Shown here: piece after piece, positions 57,070-64,000 of the stretch
Layout: the number at the start of each line of letters is the position of its first letter
Numbering within the stretch: position 1 is the stretch's first letter
Assembly (NCBI GenBank): GCA_963714975.1
Contig: CAVQQD010000002.1
Location: 512,001 to 576,000, forward strand
DNA length: 64,000 bases
Source of the DNA: an uncultured Gammaproteobacteria bacterium
GTDB taxonomy: Bacteria; Pseudomonadota; Gammaproteobacteria; JAURND01
Direction of reading: 5' to 3'
Translations under genes and position numbers: made by a program
Notes under the pieces: model-generated
What the model was told of the DNA's origin: nothing
The model's database searches: none
Seen by the model: only the letters and a program-made list of their open reading frames with translations

Positions 57070-58151
57070 TTAACGCAACTTCAGCGAAGCGAGTCCGCAT
57101 AGCACCAGCATGAAGGTAATAATCCAAAACCGCACGATTACTCGAGGTTCAGGCCAGCCTTTGAGCTCAAAATGGTGATGAAGGGGAGCCATTTTAAAAA
57201 TACGTTTACCGGTGAGCTTAAATGAAGCGACCTGTAATATCACCGAAAGCGTTTCTATTACAAATACCCCGCCCATAATAAAGAGCACTAATTCTTGGCG
57301 AACAATTACTGCCACAATACCTAAAGCAGCGCCTAGTCCTAAAGCGCCTACATCACCCATAAATACCTGGGCAGGATAAGTGTTGAACCATAAAAAGCCT
57401 AAGCCTGCTCCGACCAGAGCGGCGCAAAAGACTGCGACTTCTCCTGCACCAGGGACATAGGGAATGGTTAAATATTTAGAAAATTCAAAATTACCACTTA
57501 AATAAGCAAAAATAGCCATAGCGCCAGCGACCATTACTGTGGGCAGAATGGCCAGCCCATCTAGGCCATCAGTCAGGTTGACGGCATTACTGGTGCCGAC
57601 AATCACAAAATAAGCCAATAAAATATACAACAAACCTAAGTTAATACTGACATTCTTGAGATAGGGAATTAACAACTGGGTTTCAGCAGGTGTTTTCGCC
57701 ATGTAGTAGAGAATAACAGCGATGGTAATACCCAATATAGATTGCCAAAGATATTTCCAGCGCGCTGGTAAACCACTGGGTGATTTCTTGCTAAGTTTTA
57801 GATAATCATCTAACCATCCAATAATGCCAAATCCCAGCATACCAAACAGGGTTAGCCAAATGTAGGGATTGGCTAAATACCCCACAACAAAATGCTGGCG
57901 CTGATAGCAATGAGGATTAGGGTGCCTCCCATAGTGGGTGTGCCGGCTTTGGAGAAATGGCTCTTCGGTCCATCGTTGCGCACCACTTGCCCGACTTGAT
58001 GATGACTGAGCGCATCAATCATTTTGGGGCCGACAATCAGAGCGATCACCAGCGCAGTGAGCGCGGCGAGAATCGAGCGAAAAGTGAGATATTGAAAAAC
58101 CCGAAAGCCTTCGTAATAGTGTTGTAAAAATTGCGTTAGCCAAAGTAACAT
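57070..58151 (-). CDS. mraY: Phospho-MurNAc-pentapeptide transferase (frameshift near 57880)
   Basis: [23 protein letters not shown] and APLHHHFE motifs. Confidence 0.94.
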
Positions 58152-58152
58152 A

Positions 58153-59566
58153 TTAAGCCTCTCCTTCTAAAGCAGCGACAATTTTCCCATTTTGCATCGA
58201 GCGCGATCCTTTAATCAATGCGGTCGTTTGAGCATTAAGTTGTAATTTCAAGGCAGCAATTAATTGCTGTTGTTCAGAAAAATGTTGGGCTTGCTGACCA
58301 AAGGCTGCTACTGCTAAGCGGCTCAACTCACCATAGGCAAATAATTGCGTAATGCCCAAACGCTGTGCTTCATAGCCAAGCAATTTTAATGAAATATTCG
58401 GGCCCATAGGAGCCTAATTCTTTCATGTCGGCAAGTACCAAAATTTTAATTCCGGGCATATGAGCTAATACTTCAATAGCTGCTTGGGCTGAGCGTGGAT
58501 TGGCATTGTAACTATCATCAATAATCCGTGCGCCATTGGTTAAGTATTTTATTTGTAAGCGTTTGTTTACCGCTTGAGTATTTTCCAAGCCCTGTTTTAT
58601 CGCAGTCAATGGTATATTCAGTGCGCAAGCGCAAGCAGCTGCTGCCAAGGCATTGGCAATATTATGTTTTCCTAGCAGAGGCAGTTGAATAAAAATGGTT
58701 CCATAGGGGGTATGTAGAGTAAATTCAGGATTTCCTTCGGGATTTATTAAGGGACTTTCTGCCCAAATAGATGCTTTTTTCTGAAGGCCAAAGTGGAGAA
58801 TTTTCTTGGTTGGCACGAGAGATTCCCAATAGGGGGCAAAGTGATCGTCAGCATTAATGATGGCAATTCCAGTCTCATCGAGTCCGCGAAAAATTTCGCC
58901 TTTTGCCTGTGCTACTCCTTCTAGAGTTTGTACTCCTTGCAAATGAGCAGGTGCTGCATTAGTAATTAGGGCAATGGTCGGATGAGCGAGCTGCGATAAA
59001 TGAGCAATTTCACCAAAATGATTCATCCCTATTTCAATCACGGCATATTGATGATCAGAATTTAATCCCAATAGGGTCAGCGGGACACCGATTTCATTAT
59101 TAAAACTTTTTTCGCTAGCCAAAACTTTGTTGGATCCCTCGCTGCGCTCGGGATGACACCCCTGCTCGGGATGACACGCCTGCTCGGGATGACCCCCCCC
59201 CTGCTGCAGAATGCTGGCGAGCATAGAGCGCACGGTAGTTTTACCACAACTACCGGTGATGCCGATCATTGGCAGCGTAAATTGTTGCCGATGAAAACGC
59301 GCAAATTGTCCCAGTGCCTGAATCGTGTCGTTGACTTGTAGCTGTGGTAGCGGGCAGGGCAGGGGGTGCTGGACCAAGGCGGCAGCGGCCTGCTGTTGTT
59401 TTGCCATGGCAATAAAATCATGGCCATCGAAATGAGGGCCTTTGATGGCGACAAATAATTCTCCAGGTTGTAAGCTGCGGGTATCCGTGCTCACACCTTG
59501 AAAACAGACATCTGCGCCTAACAGTTGGCCGCTAAGTAAATGGCTAAGACTTGAAAGTTGTATCAT
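58153..59566 (-). CDS. murF: MurF ligase (frameshifts near the 3' end; in-frame family B insert)
   Basis: [30 protein letters not shown] and IKGSR motifs. Confidence 0.92.
59132..59203. repeat. Family B arm plus three terminal units (18, 18 and 21 bp) in frame in murF
   Basis: GGATCCCTCGCTGC(GCTCGGGATGAC....)x3; peptide [23 protein letters not shown]. Confidence 0.9.
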
Positions 59567-59572
59567 TATACA

Positions 59573-59680
59573 CTCCCTCTCCCTACTGCCCTCTCAAATC
59601 CCCCTCATCCGGCCTGCGGCCACCTTCTCCCACAAGGGGAGAAGGGATGCTGCCGAGAGTTTATAGAGGAGAGGGGATTA
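59573..59680. repeat. Composite family A element at the murE/murF junction
   Basis: Core 59601-59645 identical (reverse complement) to 29566-29610. Confidence 0.9.
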
Positions 59681-61160
59681 GATATCGCAAAACTTGTTCT
59701 ACATCATTAAACGGCAATTTTTCCGCACCAATTTGTTGATAATTCTCGTGACCTTTGCCCGCCACTAAAACCACATCCCCTGCTTGCGCATGGTGGATGG
59801 CATAAGCAATAGCTCGTTGCCGATCATGTTCCACTTGGATGTCTTCAACAGCTTGCAGACCACTTAAGATATCGTCAGTAATGCGTTGCGGATCCTCAAA
59901 ACGCGGGTTATCCGTGGTAATAATCATCCGATCACTATAACGCTGGGCGATTTGCCCCATCAGTGGACGTTTCCCCGCATCTCGATTGCCGCCACAACCA
60001 AAAACGCACCACAAAGTTCCTGAGCAATGCTCACGTAAGGCGATCAATGCTTGTTCTAAAGCATCCGGAGTGTGCGAATAGTCAACGACCACTAAAGGCT
60101 GATTGATTCCGCCCAAAGCTTGCATACGGCCATTGATCGTGGACAAAGCAGACACCTGTCGCAGGATATCAGTCCAGGGCATCCCTAAAATCCCTAAGGT
60201 GGCCACTGACGCTAGTAAATTGCTTAAATTGAAGCGCCCTAATAATGGACTTTGAATCAGGCCTTGACCCCAAGGAGAACTCACTTGAGCTGAAAACCCT
60301 CTGGCATTAAGTTGAATCTCAGAGGCCGAAATAGTAGCAGTAGCAGTAGCTTTAGCATTTTGAGTAGTATAGGCATAACAGGGTAATTTAGTGGAGAATT
60401 CCTCTAATAATTGCCGACCAAAGGCGTCATCGGCATTAATGATGGCGGCTTGCAAGGGCCGCAAGAATAATTGTCGCTTGACTTGACCATAGGCTTCCAT
60501 GCTGCCGTGATAATCCAGGTGGTCGCGAGTTAAATTAGTGAATACGGCAATGTCAAATTTTACCCCAGCTACCCGATGTTGTGCCAAACTGTGCGAGGAA
60601 ACTTCCATGGCAACACATTGGGCTTTTTGCGCTTTTAATTCAGCTAAGATACGTTGCAGACTGATGGCGTCTGGTGTAGTCAAAAATCCGGGTTGGATTG
60701 CTTCAGGAAAGCCATAACCTAGGGTGCCAATCACCCCACAACGGGAATTTAATTGACTTAAGGCCGCAGCAATAAATTGGCTGCAAGAGGTTTTGCCATT
60801 GGTGCCAGTGATACCAATGGTTGTCAGATCGCAAGAAGGATCCTGATAAAAACGCGCGGCAATAGGCCCTACTTGGGCTTTTAGGTCGGGAATCGCTAAA
60901 ATGGGGATAGTCTGCTGACCAAATTTCTGCAGAGTCAGTGCAGAAGTGGCGTTATCTGCCTCTTGTAATACCGCAGCAGCTCCTTTGCTAAGGGCTTGTT
61001 GGATAAAACGCGGTCTAAATTCCATGGGTCCGGCTGCAGCAATAAATAAATCAGCGGCCTTGGTTTGGCGACTATCTGAACATAGGCCAGTGATTTCAAG
61101 TGGGAAATCACTGGGCCAAGGGGCTATGCCATCTAATAATACACTAAGTTTCTTCATCAC
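59661..61160 (-). CDS. murE: MurE ligase
   Basis: GITGTNGKTS, TTPD, MEVSSH, DYSHTPDA, DNPR and AGKGHE motifs. Confidence 0.95.
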   Translation of the reverse strand: MMKKLSVLLDGIAPWPSDFPLEITGLCSDSRQTKAADLFIAAAGPMEFRPRFIQQALSKGAAAVLQEADNATSALTLQKFGQQTIPILAIPDLKAQVGPIAARFYQDPSCDLTTIGITGTNGKTSCSQFIAAALSQLNSRCGVIGTLGYGFPEAIQPGFLTTPDAISLQRILAELKAQKAQCVAMEVSSHSLAQHRVAGVKFDIAVFTNLTRDHLDYHGSMEAYGQVKRQLFLRPLQAAIINADDAFGRQLLEEFSTKLPCYAYTTQNAKATATATISASEIQLNARGFSAQVSSPWGQGLIQSPLLGRFNLSNLLASVATLGILGMPWTDILRQVSALSTINGRMQALGGINQPLVVVDYSHTPDALEQALIALREHCSGTLWCVFGCGGNRDAGKRPLMGQIAQRYSDRMIITTDNPRFEDPQRITDDILSGLQAVEDIQVEHDRQRAIAYAIHHAQAGDVVLVAGKGHENYQQIGAEKLPFNDVEQVLRYLIPSPL

Positions 61161-62826
61161 TAGTTCCTCTCGCTGCAGCTGCTGCTAAATTATCCGGCGC
61201 AATATTTAAATATCGTAAAGCGCCTCCCATCACTTGCGCAAATAGGGGAGCTGACACTTGGGCGCCAAAATGCAAATTCCCTCTGACATCATGCAAAATA
61301 ACGGCTACGACCAATTGCGGATTGCTTAAGGGTGCAATGCCGATAAACGAGGAATTATAACGATCTTTTTGGTAACCGTTAGGCCCAGAAATATAAGCCG
61401 TTCCTGTTTTGCCGCCAATTTGATAGCCAAAAATGCGGGCTTGTAAGCCACTTCCCCCCTCAGCGACGGCTTGCAACAGAACTAACATTTGATCGGCTAA
61501 TGAACGTGTAATCACTCGTTCTCCAGCCGGCGCTTGAGTTAGTTTCACAAACGTCACGGGCTTTTTTACCCCATGGGCAGCAAGAATGGCATAGGCTTGA
61601 GTGAGTTGCAATGCTGTTGCCGATAATCCGTAGCCATAGGACATGGTGGCTAAATTAGCTGGGTATTTAATGCGTTCCTTGATTAAGCTACCACTGGCTT
61701 CTCCAGGAAAACCACTCGCAGTTCGCTCGCCAAAACCCATGCTGCTTAAGAACCGCCACAAATTTTCCGGAGGTAAGGATAAAGTGATTTTAGCAGCGCC
61801 AATATTACTGGATTTTTGTAGCACTTGGGTCAAATTAATGACGCCGTAATTTTCATGATCCCGAATCACTCGACCACTGATGGACATCCAACCCGGGTGA
61901 GTGTCGACCATAGAATTAGGCGTATATTTACCACTGGCGAGAGCGCTGGCGACGCTGAAGGCTTTCATGGTGGAACCTGGTTCAAATTGATCTGTCACCG
62001 CACGATTGCGGTAACGATTATCATGAGCGGAGCGGGCATTAGGATTGTAAGAGGGCGCATTGGCCATGGCCAAAATTTCTCCGGTATTAACATCCAGCAC
62101 CACAATCGAGCCAGATTCGGCGTTGAATTTTGGTACAGCGGTTTGTAATGCGGTATAGGCCAAATATTGAATTCGCGAGTCGATACTTAAACTAAGATCA
62201 TGTCCTTCTTGCGGCGGACGTAACACTCCAAGATCAGAGACAATTTGCCCAAGGCGATCTTTCACCACTTGTCTTTTTCCGACGACCCCTTGTAAATAGT
62301 CGTTAAAGGCCAATTCCAATCCCTCTTGCCCTTGATCATCCACGTTATTAAAACCTAGGATATGTGCAGTAACTTCACCTGAAGGGTAAAAACGCCGATA
62401 TTCCCGTTGAAAAGCGACGCCGTTAATTTTGAGTGCGGCAATTTTGTTGGCTGTTTCAGGAGGAATGCTGCGAGCAAGATAGACAAATTCACGATCTTGA
62501 TTTTTCCTGATTTTCTGTTCAATTTCTGTCGGGGTAAGCTTAAGCCAGGCGCCTAATTGTTTTAATTGGGCAGGATTGGCGTCAAAAACTCGCGGATTAG
62601 CCCATGCTGAATCCACTGGGGCACTGATGGCCAGAGGGACGCCATTTCTGTCAGTCAACATTCCACGATGTGCTGGAATATCAACCACACGTAAGACGCG
62701 GGCTTGGCTTTGTTTTAACAAAAAAGTTCGATTAATAATGCTCAGATCCAACATGCGGCCAATTAAACCGATGGCTCCCAATAACATGAGGATAATGAGC
62801 ACCAAAAATCGCCACGAGTTTTGCAT
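61144..62826 (-). CDS. ftsI: Penicillin-binding protein 3
   Basis: RG..TDRNG, EPGSTMK, SSN and KTGT motifs. Confidence 0.94.
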   Translation of the reverse strand: MQNSWRFLVLIILMLLGAIGLIGRMLDLSIINRTFLLKQSQARVLRVVDIPAHRGMLTDRNGVPLAISAPVDSAWANPRVFDANPAQLKQLGAWLKLTPTEIEQKIRKNQDREFVYLARSIPPETANKIAALKINGVAFQREYRRFYPSGEVTAHILGFNNVDDQGQEGLELAFNDYLQGVVGKRQVVKDRLGQIVSDLGVLRPPQEGHDLSLSIDSRIQYLAYTALQTAVPKFNAESGSIVVLDVNTGEILAMANAPSYNPNARSAHDNRYRNRAVTDQFEPGSTMKAFSVASALASGKYTPNSMVDTHPGWMSISGRVIRDHENYGVINLTQVLQKSSNIGAAKITLSLPPENLWRFLSSMGFGERTASGFPGEASGSLIKERIKYPANLATMSYGYGLSATALQLTQAYAILAAHGVKKPVTFVKLTQAPAGERVITRSLADQMLVLLQAVAEGGSGLQARIFGYQIGGKTGTAYISGPNGYQKDRYNSSFIGIAPLSNPQLVVAVILHDVRGNLHFGAQVSAPLFAQVMGGALRYLNIAPDNLAAAAARGTSDEET

Positions 62827-62837
62827 GGTTTTAACCT

Positions 62838-63200
62838 TCAGGCTTCATCAGCAGGAGCGTTGCTTGAGCTCTTAATGATCATAATTTTATCGTTGGCAGG
62901 TGCGCTCATTTCCAAATGTTGTTGCGCTAAATTTTGGATTCTTGCTTGCGTGGACCAGGTACTTTCTTCCAGGAGTAAATTTCCCCATTCTTGACGAATT
63001 TGGCCTTGAATAGTTTGCGCCATTTGCAATTCCATAAACAGGCGGCGATTGATATCTGTGGTGTAGACGACGGCCAAGCCCGAGAGCATGACGACAATGG
63101 CTAACAGCAAGGTTCCCATGCTGGGTTTGATGAAGAAAAGGAAATGCTGCTTTTTAAATGGTTCATTGTTTTGTGGTAAAGCTCTTACAGCAGTGTTCAT
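62838..63200 (-). CDS. ftsL: Cell division protein FtsL
   Basis: TM plus coiled coil, EWGNLLLEESTW; located between rsmH and ftsI. Confidence 0.88.
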   Translation of the reverse strand: MNTAVRALPQNNEPFKKQHFLFFIKPSMGTLLLAIVVMLSGLAVVYTTDINRRLFMELQMAQTIQGQIRQEWGNLLLEESTWSTQARIQNLAQQHLEMSAPANDKIMIIKSSSNAPADEA

Positions 63201-64000
63201 GAGAGTTTCTCCATGGTGTGTAGTTTTGCGCTCCTTGCGCGGGGGTTAGCTTGTAATTCGCTCTCGCTGGGACGAATAACGCCGTTGATACGTTTTAAAC
63301 GTCGTAGCGATTGCAGTTGAGCATGAGTTAACGGCAATTCTCGGGGCACATGCGCGGTGTTGGCGTAAATTTGAAGAAACGCCTTGATGATTTGTTCCTC
63401 CAAGGAATGAAAGCTAATCACCAATAAACGCCCGCCGATGGTTAATGCAGTCAAGCACTGCGGGAGCACTGCCGTTAATTCCTCTAGCTCGTGGTTAATA
63501 AAAATTCGAATGGCTTGGAAAGTGCGCGTTGCCGGATGTTTATTGGGTTCCCAACGTGGGTGTGCCTGCGCCACAATTTCCGCTAATTGCAAAGTGGTGG
63601 TGATCGGCGTTAGTTGGCGCGCTTGGGCAATAGCAGTGGCAATGCGCTTGGCGAAACGCTCTTCGCCATATTCTTTTAATATTTGGCGAATTTCTTGCTC
63701 GCTGGCTTGATTGAGCCAGCGAGCTGCATTCATTGTTTGTGTGGTATCCATACGCATATCTAGAGGTCCGTCTCTAAGAAAGCTAAAACCGCGGTCAGCT
63801 TCATCTATTTGTGGTGATGAAACGCCTAAATCCAGCAGGATGCCATTGACTCTACCTTCCCAGCCACGTTGGCTGATGTTTTCGCCTAAACTGACGAAAG
63901 AACCTGCTTGCATGGAGAAGCGAGGGTCATTCATTAAGCCGCTTGCTGCGCTAACAGCCTGCGGGTCTTTATCTATTGCCAATAAGCGCCCAGCTGGCCC
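63197..64000 (-). CDS. rsmH: 16S rRNA m4C1402 methyltransferase (5' end outside window)
   Basis: DLGVSSPQ, PLDMRMD, HPATRTFQAIRI and NPRARSAKL motifs. Confidence 0.95.
   Translation of the reverse strand, partial: GPAGRLLAIDKDPQAVSAASGLMNDPRFSMQAGSFVSLGENISQRGWEGRVNGILLDLGVSSPQIDEADRGFSFLRDGPLDMRMDTTQTMNAARWLNQASEQEIRQILKEYGEERFAKRIATAIAQARQLTPITTTLQLAEIVAQAHPRWEPNKHPATRTFQAIRIFINHELEELTAVLPQCLTALTIGGRLLVISFHSLEEQIIKAFLQIYANTAHVPRELPLTHAQLQSLRRLKRINGVIRPSESELQANPRARSAKLHTMEKLS

Overview
Chromosomal DNA from an AT-rich gammaproteobacterium. Gene content (nucleotide and NAD scavenging, orphan effector-like ORFs) suggests a Legionellales/Coxiellales-like host-associated organism, which is an inference. 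The core genes are acetoacetate-CoA ligase, HMG-CoA lyase, gyrA-serC, apt, pncB, ffh, tilS, pyrG-kdsA-eno-ftsB-ispD-ispF-surE-yqaA-nlpD-mutL, clpB, malic enzyme, purB, a metal ABC transporter, pstSCAB-phoBR and rsmH-ftsL-ftsI-murE-murF-mraY. Interspersed are toxin-antitoxin genes, three AAA_14/DUF4143 ATPases, a DUF1016 nuclease and a tyrosine recombinase. The striking feature is roughly 30 short GC-rich palindromic elements in at least five families (labelled A-E here). They sit in frame inside core genes (tilS, pyrG, nlpD, mutL, murF) and appear to nest inside each other's hairpin loops. Family B copies carry variable tandem arrays of their own terminus (up to 11 x 19 bp). One copy joins pstC and pstA into a single ORF, several lie where ribosome-binding sites are expected, and family C carries CsrA-like GGA loops. 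No obvious mobilising enzyme is in the window. Also present are an orphan IS200/IS605 (TnpB) right end resembling an omega-RNA scaffold, and an unknown gene with a long, highly structured leader. Frameshift clusters in essential genes are probably sequencing or assembly errors.
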